DNA of 64,000 nt from contig NC_092671.1 of assembly GCF_964355755.1 (NCBI RefSeq), positions 6,510,001 to 6,574,000 of the forward strand, given 5' to 3'. Origin of the DNA: Antedon mediterranea. Its lineage: Eukaryota; Animalia; Echinodermata. The position numbers and the translations under genes were made by a program. This document shows positions 11,401 through 25,397 of the stretch, piece after piece. The stretch's first letter is position 1. Every line of letters starts with the position of its first letter. The notes under the pieces were generated by a model. It was not told where the DNA came from, searched no databases, and saw only the letters and a list, made by a program, of their open reading frames with translations.

Positions 11401-12849
11401 GATACCCTTATTGAATATAAAAATAATGTAGAGAGTGTGTGGCCCCGTTATATCAAATGTAGATAGATTTCTTTGTTATTCATTTTTATTTTTTCGTTAT
11501 TTATTTTTTTTCTTCGTTATTTTTTTTTTCTTCGTTATTTTTTTTTCTTACAATCACAATGAAATAAGAATTGTTTCAGAATTTATAATTAATCAATAAA
11601 TTATCGAGTGGTACCAAAAGCAATATGGTCGTTTAGGTGAGATGGAGAGTGTCGTCGCTAGGCTAGGCCTACTCTATAGTAGTTCGTCTTTAAATCGGAT
11701 TTCGGATTTTGATCGGCAAAGCGAATCTATAAAATACATACCCCCTCTATAGTATGATGAACTACAACTCTTGAACAAACTTTTCAAACAAAATCAATAG
11801 CATAATTTATCGTTTTTATATTGTTACGGTTTCGTAAATAACTGAATAAGAAAATTACATCACTGTAATTTAACTTAATCATAGATAAATAATTATTCAA
11901 TTGTGGTTTTTTGTGTGTGATGTAATTGTGTTGATAGTTAGTAATAGAGTAAATTTCCCTCGCAAGTAAGGCTCGTATTAGACCTATTGCTTAGTTGACG
12001 TTGGTTTGTTGCTAGTTTTTTTATTTGAGTTGGAGGTATTATTCTTGTTTAATCACCCGGTAGTTGATTTTCATCGAGTATAACTGGTGATATATTTTTA
12101 ACTGTCACTTTTTTACCTAGTTGTTTATAATTATTTGTTTGGTAATATAGTCACAAATAAGTATTATTGTCGACAAACACGTTAAAGCAAAATTACCCCC
12201 TAATTTATTGATTGTTGAAAAAACTTTACACAAAGTTGATGATCTTTTTATACGGTGTATTTCGCATCAAATTAACTCTCAGTTGAGCATTGGTTAAGCG
12301 GTCGTGGTTCGCGAATTCAACGCGTCAACCAAGCATGAGATACCAAAAACATGTTGTATATTGCACGCTAGGCTGCCCGATCACTAGCATTAATATGAAC
12401 ACCGCTTTATTATTAACAGAACATGGCGCTAAACACTTCATTAGTTTTTGATGGTTTCATCTCGTTTGGTTAATTTACACATGGAAACAATATGGATATT
12501 AAAGCGTTATATCTCATGAGAATCAGATTAAATACTGCATGTCTGTTTTCGATGAATTTTCATCTATATGATTCAAAAAATATTTTGTATATGAAAGAAT
12601 TTATTGGTACACTCATAGCCTACTAATAATATAATGCATAGATAAAAATAAATAATACATTTTAATATTTATTGTATTATTGTTGACATTGTACAACTGT
12701 TGCAAGTTGCTTTAGGATGAAAGTGGTTTCAGAACGTGATTTTTGTCACATGATACAGCATGTGGTCTTGTACTGTATAATGTTTAACTTTTAAAGAACT
12801 AAATATTAAATAAAATTTCTTTTTGAACAACCAAAAATTAATGTAAGCG

Positions 12850-12899
12850 AACTTACAGAACGTTTCGAAACCTATCAGGTTTCATTCTCAACTGGCGTT
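12850..12899 (-). ncRNA. Candidate minimal type I hammerhead ribozyme (U3-A8 variant), Penelope-like remnant
   Basis: The - strand reads CAG TTGAGAA T GAAACC TGATA GGTTTC GAAA CGTT CTG: a core with U3/A8, a perfect 6-bp stem II, the GAAA box, a palindromic AACGTT stem III and a short CAG/CTG stem I. Confidence 0.55.
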
Positions 12900-13037
12900 T
12901 CATCGTCTAGCGTTGTTAAAAGAAATTTTATTTAATACCTATTCTACAACCAGATGAAATTCTTCCAACATTTTAAAGAACTGTAGTAACTTTTTGACAT
13001 AACTAAATATTTGACATTAACCACCTGGTACAATAAC

Positions 13038-13170
13038 CACCCGGACAATAATACTCACCCGGACAATAATACTCACCCGGACAATAATACTCACCCGGAC
13101 AATAATACTCACCCGGACAATAATACTCACCCGGACAATAATACTCACCCGGACAATAATACTCACCCGG
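13038..13170. repeat. Minisatellite, 18-bp unit CACCCGGACAATAATACT, 7 full copies plus a partial
   Basis: Read directly; it accounts for the (PGEYYC)n ORF. Confidence 0.97.
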
Positions 13171-13767
13171 TAATGTAATGGACGCCATCAGTGTTTGATA
13201 CACAGTACTTGTAATGTAATGGACGCCATCAGTGTTTGATACACAGTACTTGTAATGTAATGGACGCCATCAGTGTTTGATACACAGTACAGTACTTGTA
13301 ATGTAATGGACGCCATCAGTGTTTGATACACAGTACTTGTAATGTAATGGACGCCATCAGTGTTTGATACACAGTACAGTACTTGTAATGTAATGGACGC
13401 CATCAGTGTTTGATACACAGTACTTGTAATGTAATGGACGCCATCAGTGTTTGATACACAGTACAGTACTTGTAATGTAATGGACGCCATCATTGTTTGA
13501 TACACAGTACTTGTAATGTAATGGACGCCATCATTGTTTGATACACAGTACTTGTAATGTAATGGACGCCATCATTGTTTGATACACAGTACTTGTAATG
13601 TAATGGACGCCATCAGTGTTTGATACACAGTACAGTACTTGTAATGTAATGGACGCCATCAGTGTTTGATACACAGTACTTGTAATGTAATGGACGCCAT
13701 CAGTGTTTGATACACAGTACTTGTAATGTAATGGACGCCATCATCATTGTTTGATACACAGTACTTG
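13171..13767. repeat. Minisatellite, 41-bp unit with 46-bp and 44-bp variants, about 14 copies
   Basis: Unit TAATGTAATGGACGCCATCAGTGTTTGATACACAGTACTTG. The 46-bp variant carries an ACAGT duplication. There are no unique spacers. Confidence 0.97.
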
Positions 13768-15739
13768 TTTATAGCTCGACAGAAATAAATAGTTTACCTT
13801 GTTAGTTTATATTACTGTTTACGCCTTCAATTCAATTTCAACTTTTCCCGGATTTAATGCATTTTAAATTGAGTGTAGATATTAAAAGAAATCATGGTTA
13901 AATGCCTAATTTGTAGATTTATTTGTACTTTAAGTTATTGAAATTACTGTAGTATTAGTAAGAGAAAGTGAAAGTGTATAGTAATTTGAATTAAAATATT
14001 ATAGTGTAAATCGAAGGTGTATAAAGTAACACTAATTCTATTGTAGAATTATAGAAACAAATCCATCCAACACTATCCCACAAACCGCTCTGGGTCTGAC
14101 AATGGTAAACTGGGTGGTGGTGTCCGGTTGGTTTATCCGGTCTGTATCTGTAACGGCTTTCTATGACGGGGATTTTCAAACATTAATTAACGTTTTGGAT
14201 TTCTTTATAATATGTTCTTACATAAATTTTTAATGGTACAGTTATTTCTTAATTTGTATTAAAAAAAAAATTAAAATTGAGTGTGGCCCACATTTGTCAG
14301 ATACCTATCGGGTTATCCTGAATGTAATGTACTCCTGTATATCAAAACCTAATAATATAAATGTTCATCAATCGAGTGTTCATTTGTTAACATGATCACT
14401 ATAAACTTCGTTAATAATGTTTTTGTTCGTGCCTAAATGTATTTATTTGTATTTTATGGGCCATGATCCAGGGTGAAATGACAAAATCATAGGCCCTTGA
14501 CAGGTGAAAGAAGATTTATTGAGAAATGTGACACTTGCTTCCGTGCCTCTGAGCATTTTGACAGTTTAAATTAAATTGGGATGCATTCCAAACCCCATGA
14601 TTTTACATTCTATATTAAGACATTTTTTATGACAATACCCCCATTGTTACAAGAATGTATGAAGTCCTTTTATTAATATTGTTTCTTTTCTATTTAATAA
14701 CTCGTTATACTGTAATCATTTTGTAATTGATAATTCCGTGATATGTGATAAGATAACTTAAACAAGCGATTTTTTAAATTAGGACTGTGTACAATTTTGG
14801 CTTGGTTCATTGTTATTATTTTCAGCTGGTCGTCTATTTTGTTCTTATTTCATTCACAGTGTACAGTATTAGACAACAAATTTAATTAAGTTAAAAGCAA
14901 GTAAATCCTTGGCTAATGTAACAATCAACAATTTTGCATACATTTTGTTTAGCTATAATGTTTTAATATTTTCTACCGTTGTTCAGTCTGTGTCCAGATA
15001 AAGCAAGCCCAGAATCCAATGGTTAATGTACAAAATCGCTTTAAGCCAACACAGGGAGAGGCATCCTTTTCAACAAAGATGCACGTTAAAATTTGTTTTC
15101 GAATAAATTAATTGATACGCTTCTGAAACCAAGGGGAGAGCGCCAACCCCCACAGCTTAAGTGCAGATTAAGAGCTGTCTGTCCAAGTTAAAATTAAACT
15201 CGTAAATTAATCAAAAGTAAAAAGGAAATAACACTTGACTGTGGGTTTTTATAATATGGTTTCATGTCGTGTCAATTTGTTTTTCTGATTGGTTTGTTCC
15301 ATTTTTTCATCTTGCATTGTTTTAAATTCATTCGTTACCGTACCCTTTGTTTCCGCTTTATTTAAGTTACATATTGTGTAAATTCAATTCAATTCAACTT
15401 TTATTTCAGACAATTGTCCGTATGGTATAATACATTACACAAAAAGAGATGAAGGAGAGAGGACCAAAACTTTTATCTATTGGTATATAATGCCTCTCTC
15501 CATTTGTAGTACATGTTTGAATCAATCAACAAATATTTATATATACAAATTAACATTCTGTTTTCGCTTTTCATTATTCTTGTAAAGGTGTGACGTTCTT
15601 TGAAATAAGTAGAACATACAAACATATTATTATTACATCATAAGTAGGAAATGTAACACAATAGAGTACAGGTAGCTATATATATGAAACAATTATATAA
15701 AATATATAGAGATGGAAGGGACGATAAACAAATTTGCAC

Positions 15740-16026
15740 AGTGGCTGTGTGTGACAGTGGCTGTGTTTGTGTGGACTAGTACACCGGGGTAACCCCCTAC
15801 TCGTCTCGAAAGATGTACTAGGTTTTTTAAAGTGCGCATGAGCTATGTGTACACTGGACCTACGGTTTATAGTCCTTATCCGAGAAGACTCGTTCTACCA
15901 CCAGAACCATGGAGCGAGTGAGCCTCGAACCCTTGCCGATGTTATGGCTACGTAATTACGGTTCCACTGTCTTAACCGCTCGGCCACTCACTCGCCTCAC
16001 TGTCTTAACCGCTCGGCCACTCACTC
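15740..16026 (-). mobile_element. tRNA-derived SINE with Deu/Nin-like core
   Basis: A box TGGCCGAGCGG (15986-15976) and B box GGTTCGAGGC (15931-15922). These are followed by TCTTCTCGGATAAGGACTATAAACCGTAGGTCC...GAGTAGGGGGTTACCCCGGTGT, resembling the Deu/Nin domain. The 3' boundary is approximate. Confidence 0.8.
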
Positions 16027-17064
16027 ACTCATTCAATTATATTCATTCATAAACACATTTATTTAGTATAACATTAACAATAATAACTGGGCCTGCAAAA
16101 GTTTGTCTCATGTAGGTACAAATACAAATATGTATATTACACATGAAAAGCAATACAAACAAATAAAATAAGTAAAACAAGAAATGGATAAAATATTGAG
16201 TATAACAAAAGTTATGGTTTGACATTTACAAGAAAGGGCATTCGTGATATTTTGTCAAAATTAAGCCTAAAATACCTTTGAATTATATATTTGTCACTTG
16301 TGAAACTCCTGTAAAGAAGAAAAAGTGCATGAAAGGAACGATAAGAATAAGAGACGAATTAATTGGACAAAAATATTGAGCAAGGAGAAAATGTTGCTTT
16401 CATTTTAGGCCTAATGGTAATATTAAATTTATATGATATCCGAATAAATAATTCATCTAACGTTTTATCAACCAAACTATACGCTGATGTTTTACTCATT
16501 TACGACTACTTACAGCTACGCTTTAATATTGCAATTCGATCCGTTCCTATTACAAGTCTAATGAGAAAAAGATATGTTCAAAAGGTTTATAAAATTAGGT
16601 TGTGCGCGTGTTGCATGCTCGGAACCCCGTGCTGAGACGTCACTGCCAGCAACATCTTGTTTTCTCATAAACTTAGAACCCGTACTGAGGGTCTCTAAAG
16701 TTAATATTATAATGATGGCAACACGTATTTGGTAAATAAAAATTACACCCAATATGAAGTAGATTTGTCATTTAATAATAAATAATTTAAAACGTCAGTG
16801 TGCGGTTTTTTAATACAGTAGATTATAGATATGAATTATAGCACGTATACAAAATGTTGTTTTTCATTCGTGATGTAGGCCTACTCTACCATACTTTATT
16901 TTAATAGAAGCACAACAAGTCTGAAATCGCAAGAAAAAAATTGGGCTGAAATTTATTGTACGCAATTAATATTTGATTATAAACAAACAGAAATTGAACT
17001 TTTTTGGATTTAATAAATCAACTTTATTTAAAGATTGACATATCATAATTCGATAATAACTCGA

Positions 17065-17093
<29 letters not shown>
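17065..17093. repeat. (TAT)n microsatellite
   Basis: Read directly; it explains the poly-Tyr ORF. Confidence 0.9.
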
Positions 17094-17097
<4 letters not shown>

Positions 17098-17119
17098 AGA
17101 GTTATTGTTTATATTACCT

Positions 17120-17430
17120 GGAGTATCTTCAAAAGGGACTGCTTACATCCGCCTATGTTTCCACCCCTGTCTGTCGACTTGCATGTTGATTTGTTGGCTT
17201 ATTTGTTTGTGAACAGAAGTTGTTATCCGAATCTCGCCAAACTTGACCATACTGATCTGACCAAAAATCTCGACGGAGTTTGAAGTTTGGGGACAGGTTA
17301 AGGGTCAATTTCACAACCTACAAAAAAACTATATCTTTATATTTATCACCTACAGATGCATCAACTGGAGCATAATTATCCATGTTCCATCATCTAGGGG
17401 AAGGGTCAAAGGTCATATTCCACAATTTTC
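17120..17430 (+). mobile_element. Possible degraded Helentron/DINE-like fragment
   Basis: A GTTTGT-rich tract, CCAAACTTG and repeated AGGGTCAA/GGTCAAAGGTCA motifs; no intact ends were found. Confidence 0.3.
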
Positions 17431-18881
17431 CAATATTGTCTAGTTCAGATTCAAAATGTTTTTATTTTATTTGAACGATACATTTTTTTTCTAACGCATT
17501 TTTCTCTAAACTGCCTTCTCCTCTCGTAAGCATGGATTCATCAACTGACCTTGGCCAATGAGTTCTGTACAGGTGCCTCTCGTTACCTGTAAATCGACAG
17601 GCCCTTTAATATTATCGTCGGCTGAGAAGCTTAGCGTTTTATGTGAGGTCATTTATCAATCTTAGTCGTAAAGTAGCAATCAATTTAAAGGAATTTATTT
17701 TAAAATTATGTATTCAAGAGCATTTTGACAGTGATAAAATGCAATGGCTCTTTCTAGATTCCTTCTATACGTAGTGTGTGTGTGTTTAAAAAATGTTTTT
17801 TTTTAATGACACTATAATTGATTATAAACAATCACTAATGCAGTAGGGCCTATGTTAATTAGAATTTAACTTGATTTAAACATAATTATTCTATGATGTC
17901 CATGATGAGTCAAGCAGCAAATGATCTATCTTTGATTATGTGGTTAGAGCACACTCTCTTCCAGGTTAGATCATAGAGAGATTAATATATCTATGGTTAG
18001 ATGAAGCACCGATGCATTTCTCCCCGTTTGACCATTGTTTTTTCCACCACAATGGTCGCTTTTGTTCTCCATGCGATGGATCTCATTGGTCTTTTAGTTC
18101 TTTACATGAGTAATGTCAATTGTGGTAAAATGGGTTTTCTTATTAACATTATACCGTTGGTAGAAAGTTGTCTGTATAGTAGATTATTTGATGTGCATCT
18201 TTAAAACATTCATTGGATGGAGTCTATCCGTACACGTGTCAATAATGATTCGTTTTCGTGGAAGCACGTTCGTGAGAATAGCTTAAGAAATCCTACTGCC
18301 AATTCAAATCATTTGTTGTGATCAGAAATCTTGATATTCTGTTGACCTGCCTAACCTCCTAGGCTAATAGTACTTATCCATCACAGTTTGTCATGACCAG
18401 CAAATGCCTGCGGTAACTACCCAGCTTCACGCGGTCTTTACTAAATCCTTGATGGATTACCAATATGGGGCTAGCTCTGTTATACTTTTATGTATTCTCC
18501 CACAACATATTAAGAATGTTAACTTGAATTGTCGATTTTTTTCAAGAAAGCTATTTAAGGTGATACTATCATGCGAACATTGCTTAATCATGTTTGTTTT
18601 CCCCAGACTCCGATGTTTTCATGCATATGCCCTAATATAGGTAGGCCTAACTATTAAAATGTACACGAATAAATGTTTAAATGACAGGCCTATACACATT
18701 ACAAGAATATATGCCAATGTCTTTTAAAGATATAACAGAAATTTCATACAGCAGGTCAACGGTTCAGTTTTAACAATATTTTCAAAGCAGTTGTAGTTAT
18801 ATTTACCTCTAGGCCTAATTGGTTAATATTGAGAAAAAGATTCAATATGCGTTTACTGCTGCATACGGTATTATTGAGGGC

Positions 18882-19052
18882 CAGTGGCCGTATTCACCAT
18901 TCACGCTTAGGCGGGAAAAACGTACCCAGAAAATCTTCTATCAAGTGAATACAAATTAAGGAAAATATTAAAGTTAGAGAAGAAATACTTATATTTAAGA
19001 GAAATATCTCACTGTAGGCCTACTTAAGTGTGATTGGTGAATACGGCCACAG
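18882..19052. mobile_element. MITE, about 171 bp, with ~28-bp imperfect TIRs
   Basis: The left end GTGGCCGTATTCACCATTCACGCTTAGG pairs with the reverse complement of the right end, GTGGCCGTATTCACCAATCACACTTAAG. No clear TSD. Confidence 0.75.
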
Positions 19053-22000
19053 AATATTTTACTGTTATGAGTATATTTTGGTCAGCGGAGTTTTCTTATT
19101 AAAGGATATTTTTTATTATTATTATTAATTTTTGTTTATTAAAAAACACACCGTTTGATATCATACATAAAAAACTCCTCGATAGAAAAATGACAGAAAT
19201 AAAGAAAGAACATACTATAATACCACCGTTTCTAAAATAAACAGATTCCTTATCAAAGTATACTCTCCCCTGGTGGTAAAAACTACCAGATTATTTAATT
19301 CGTCGGATTTCGAACAAGGTCCTGAACTGATCCTAAATACCCTTAATTCGTGATTATTAGCTGGTTTAGGTCCTAGAGCGTTCTTTTAACAAAGTGTCTC
19401 CCCCTTCAGTCTTTTAATAAATGTGTCTGCCATTGAAATGTGTTAAGAAATGCATCTTTTACCTTAACACAGATGTTGAGGTCGGAAGGCGCGAAAAAGT
19501 ACTATAGTCCTATGGTCATCATTGTTGAGACCATAGACCTATATTTTAACAAAGTTTTTTTTCTTTAATGAACTTTAAAAATCAGCTATTACAAATTATT
19601 TTTTGTGTGTAAATGGTGTAATATCAATATAAAGTATATTATATTGGCGTGTTTTGAAATGTAATGATAATATAGGTAAAATTGCCTAAAAAACTATCGG
19701 ATTCTTTTTGAGATATACTGCATATATAATTCAAATTAAAATGAAAGCCCCCATGTCTATTTTATTGATGTTTTATTACTTGTATTATAATGAAATTAAT
19801 AATAATTCATGTTTCGTAAACACATTTGTATTCTGCTTTTACTGTCTACTCACTTGTAATATTATAGGCCGAAAGGTGTATTCATTCTACTGTGTTGTGC
19901 TATCTTTCTAGGCCTGGGCAATGTTGATACTTCAGACATCGCTAAAATTCCGAGAATCTGCCCTCTAGAAATAGCATATTGAATTCGAATATAGTTGTTT
20001 TCTTTAGAAAATCATTACCCCATTTCCATCGTCTATGTAAACAGTTAAAGGGAATCTATACAGTAAAGATGTAGGCCTAATGTTAAGATACCAAAACTAT
20101 ATATTTAAATAGCAATATACTTACAATATAAATACACCGTTTTGATCAGCTTCCCTGATTGTGATAAACTACACTGTATATTCTGGTACTCTATATCAAC
20201 GTGTGTTAGATTTTTTTTCTCCTTTACAAAGTAGTTTCGTAAAATTTATTTAACCAAAAATATATAACAGTTCTTAAATATTATATTGTATAATATTGTC
20301 ATTTTAATACAGTGTGATTGGAATCTTATTAAAGCGTGTACTTGTTTCTTATATATATCAGGAAATGAATAGGTGCTGCATAGGCAGGATCATTGTATAA
20401 AAATAAAACACATTTCTTGTTTCTGCCTCAAAATAGCTGTACTGTAATGTGTTTTGATGTTACCATGTAGTATAGTAAGGTATTACGAATGCCCCGTATT
20501 ACGGCCCAATTTCTACTTTTGTTTCATTTTTTTGTCACTTTTTGAGTCTTAACAACATGAAATACAAAGTTTAATACAGTTAACTGCATGACATATATTT
20601 GATTGATTGATTGATTGATTTATTCGATATTTATACATAAAAGTTAAAATATACAATGTATAAAAGAGAATACCTGGATAACCCATTAAGTTACAGTCAA
20701 CATTTACTTATTTAATTATAATACAGTACATCACTTTCATTTGCTTTATGGTTTGTACTGAAGCTGCAATATTTTTATTACTAGGCCTACTTTGTGACGC
20801 TTTGCTTGTTGAATAATATTTCAATACCATAACTTGTATATTATGTTTGTTTGATTTACTGTATTTCTCGTAATTTACGCATCTAACAATTTTCACGATA
20901 TCTAAGTTTAATCGATAGGTGATGATAAAATGCAATAGAACCCATTTGCTTTTTACATGATTACGGTTAACTTAATGTGTTTGCCAGATCCCAGCAGTCT
21001 CATTAAATAGTCATGGAAACCGAAGCCGAAGCAAAAGAAACTTCGTTTTATCCTGAAACAGACTCTTGATGTTTCTAAATTCTAGTTTAAAAAAACTACG
21101 TTGATTTTAATTATTCAGCAGACATTAATAATTTGTTAATTCTGTCGCAAAAACAGTAGCGCGCATACAGAACGTCTATAAATAGATACAACCATGTTGC
21201 ATGATACATCAAATGACAGATATTGTATCAACAATAGGCCTAAAACATTATGGAATAAATTCATATTAAGTAGTGGACATTTTTTTCAACTTTTTTTTAT
21301 TTTTTAAATTGATTTTATAATTATTGTTTAAAAATAGAGCAGATATATTTATCTTAGTATAACAAAATTATAAGTATACTATTGAGTTAATGGTTCAAAT
21401 TTAAAAAATGTCCCAAGAGCATTCATTAACTGTACAGTAGGCATATGTTCATTTGTTCTCGTTGTATGTTGTATTGCGTTATTATAATCTTACTTTTGTA
21501 GGTTTTAAACAAAATTATATATATAAAATAATAATATTTAATATATGAAAATATAAAATTTAATTGATTAAATCTAAAAAAATAGATCCACGTTTTGGTC
21601 AATCATAGAACGATTTTCAAGATCAATTACAATAAAATACAAAAAAAGAAAGTATTTAACTTAGGCCTACAGACTTTTTCGATTGAATAAAATAAAAAAA
21701 TAAACAAATAAAAATATAGGCAGCAGCAGTTACGAAATATAATCTAAAATGATAATCACACAAATAAATACAAATTAACAACGTATTAAATAATTAGCTC
21801 CTCTACTAAATTAGATAAACAAGTTTCTTTGATTAAGACCGATTGTTTGTATAAGAGGTTTAACCCTTTGATCTGGAGCATTTCCTCGATTAAGCAATAT
21901 AACAATTTGATTAAAGATTTACCGACCAACACTTTTAATTAAATTTAATCCAAACAAAATAATCATACTCAATGAAAACGAAATAATAACGAAAATAATA

Positions 22001-23270
22001 ACCTTTTTTATTATCTATATGATTTTTAGATTTAATGGAACCAGGTCTCTTCCCTGATGAAACCAATACAATTTAATTAGTAGAATTAACACTCCACTAT
22101 GATTTAAATATATATTGGCTAAAATATTCAAGTTAAAACTTACGTTATTCTTAATTGTCTAGTCTTAATCATTTTTATTAATTATAACTTCATTAATTAA
22201 TTTTTTTTTAATTTTTTTTGTTAATTTTTTTAAAATTAATATGTTTTATTCTTTTTTTAATCATAATAATATTTTGAACATGGCTGGGGGGGGGGGGGGT
22301 TGTGTTATCAATATCACTTATAGTACTTTATTGTGTCATATTCAGCCTTTGTCTATTATCTATTGTTAATGAGTGATAACTCACTTCTCTTTGATTTAAT
22401 GAGAAATTTAAACATTTTATTTCGTTTAATCAGTCGTCTATTATCACGGAGAATTTATTTCATCCATGCTATTATCTAGATCGTTTAAACTTGTTCATTT
22501 TATTTAGGCCTACATGTATTGATTTATTTAATGAGGCCTCTATCATTCTTGATATTTGTTATGACTCACCTTTTTATATATTGTATTATTGATTATTCGT
22601 TATAGGTTTTAGTAGGTTCCCCTGAATAGTGGTTGGCCGTGTGTAGTGCCACTCGTTCGTTACGAGAAATGTGTCCTAAGGAAGGAAAGAAGGAACATTA
22701 TCCTCATAAGTGCCTGTATTGGCAACCAACCTCATTCCCACGTCTCCTCATTTCTGCCATCAACAACTTAACATGTGTCCACAGACTTCAAACGCAACGC
22801 GCGTTTCGGCGTTAAATACCAATTGAACGGAACACGCAATGTTTGATTCGTTTTCAAATAGCTGTCAGCGGCATAAGAATAACTTTCTTGTTTCGTTTAA
22901 TTACCATTCAAGAGTTTAGTAATCTATTTAGAATTCGAACTATCCAAAAAACCTGAGGGTAATTTGTATCGTTGTATCAGAGACGAATGTCGACTAGTTA
23001 CCCTATAATTTCTTGGTCTGAGGCAAACATGTTTGTTATCAACACTGTTTTCTTTGACTATTACGTATAGTTCAACATCTTCTATACCTTTTTTGAAAGT
23101 TAATTATTGATATTTGAATGTAGAATCAGATTAATGTATGTCCATGGTCCATGGTACGTTAATTAACTCGTATTCACCATTTTAGTGAAAAATTAATAAT
23201 AATATATGAACAAAACTTACATTTTCTTTAATTAATTGAATTCAATACAGATGATGTTTCGTTTCATAGG

Positions 23271-23361
23271 TGCCGAATTTAGTTTTTATTAATTTTGACG
23301 AATTCAATTTGCCGAATTCAGTTGGGCCGAATATAGTTTGCCGAATACAGTTGCCGAATTA
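23271..23361. repeat. Cluster of TGCCGAAT-like motifs
   Basis: About six GCCGAAT/GACGAAT copies in 90 bp, probably subterminal repeats of a decayed DNA transposon. Confidence 0.6.
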
Positions 23362-25397
23362 AAACCCACTTTTATTTAATTTCAAATGTTGTTTTCAAAG
23401 ACATTACCTGCGCTTATGACAATGGCACAGTCCGGTCTAAGCATGTTTACCTCCATGGTCTAGGCATACCTGTAGGCCTAGGTATACTGATAATGAAACA
23501 AAAAACAATTGTAACATTTCCTCTTATCTTTTATGCTTATGTTCCTTATATACCTCCATGCTTACATCCATGATTTTTCCATGGAGAAAATAGCAATTGC
23601 TTACAAAGACTCATAAAAATCACGGTGGGGTTTCCCTGTGCACAATAGACCCCTTTTGTGTTTCATCGGCTGAAACGGGAAGTGTAATGTCTTTGGCGGC
23701 TCATTATCTCATCGGATCCTTTGACTAATCCTATTATCCTAATCAAGCAGTAAATGAATAACCATCGTGGAATAACAATATTATAGTTATAACAATATTT
23801 TAAGTAGCCTATTGACACGTGGTCCCAGTAACTTGTTATCCATAGGGGTTCATGCGTTGATCACCGTGTGTAGGCCTATCAGATATATACCTCCATGACC
23901 AGATCCACTTTATGAGTTTAATAATCACCGGAGCCCTCTATCTTCCACTATAATTGTCAAATTTCTTAATCTTGAATTCTACGTATTTATTTCAGTATTT
24001 GACGTACTACATTAAAATATTTAGTATTTCTGATTTAAATTTAAATAATACTCTAAAAGAATATTTACAGTACAGTATAATAAATTATAAAACCAGTGGC
24101 GTTAAGTTTTAATAACTCCATATAATATACTAGGTTAATTCTGAAATTGTCTTATACAAATAATAATTATTTTTACCTGTTTAATTTGTTTTAATACTGT
24201 ACAGATGTATGGTACTATATCATCAATCAAAGGAAAACTTGTTGATAGTTTTAAGATTTCGCATTATTATTACACAGAAATTTCTCTTCACACTTTTAAA
24301 ATTAAGAAACAGTTTTCCTCGTTATTTGTTGCCTTCCTTTACCTTTTACACCATTTATTTTAAAATGTTGCTTCCCGCCTTAAATTAGTTGTTGGCAAGT
24401 TGCAGCTTTGGTATGGTATTAGTTCTGTTTCTATTTATTTTTAATTTTTTGTTTTATTTTTCGAGTATAAAACATTTTGAAATGCATTCCCGCTCAATAT
24501 CAGTTAATTTTGTTTTTTCTTTTTGGCTATTTCAGCATTACGTTTTTTCTAAGTGTATAAAAACAAGAAATCAAATCAAAATTGATACCACAATTTATGG
24601 TAATGCATAGACAATAAAAATACAATTTATTTATTTGAACATTTTTAACCATGTATCTTTTTCACAAATTTGAACGACAAATAAAATAAACTTTATTGTT
24701 TTTTTGTTGTTGCATAAAACAAGTGTACATTTTGCTGTTTTCTTTAATTGTATTGACGATAGATTTGAGAAGACTTTATCGGAAGTGTGAAAAACAATAC
24801 TGTTAACAAATTAGTTACAATACTTTTAGATAATTTCTACTACAAAGTTTTTAGTGAAAAAAAATGTGTATACATTGTATAGTATTGATTACATTCTTAG
24901 AATTTAGTAGGGAACAAAGGAAATTATCTTTTGTTTATTTCAAACATTGTTTTTAAAGTTGCTAACCACTCCCAACAAGTAGTGAATACAACATTATTTG
25001 CACGTGACTTTTATCTTCGCTAAGTTAAAACTTAATTGAGCATGCTCAGTACTGGATATCTACGCATGCTCACAAACGTTAACCTGTGTTTTGGTGACAC
25101 CGCCTGAAGTGTTTATGAAAACTTGTATTTTTGGAGTAATAGTGAGTTAGGCCATTGAATGACTGACACAGCAAATTGCTCATCAATAGTTAATTGTATC
25201 ATGATGATCTTCTGGCTAGAAATCAAGTATTTTAGCTTATGAAACTGGTCTGGAAATTAATTGTTTTAACTTTTTAATATCTACTTTATAACGGTGTAAT
25301 ACTGGAACGATACAGTGTGAAAAGCGTTTATCTTTCTATCAATTGACTGAACTTTTATTTGTGTAACTGGACTGGGGTAAACTCTTAATAATTTAAT

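Noticed and set aside
13038-13767. CRISPR-like array or repetitive Cys-rich protein (PGEYYC)n
   Set aside because: The units are head-to-tail with no unique spacers and no cas genes, in a eukaryotic context. The ORFs result from unit lengths (18 and 87 bp) divisible by three and lack splice or domain context.
15910-15996. tRNA gene
   Set aside because: It has A/B boxes but no proper anticodon or T-arm cloverleaf, and it continues into a SINE core with dispersed relatives.
22286-22299. Poly-G run as a G-quadruplex element
   Set aside because: An isolated homopolymer with unreliable length and no supporting context.
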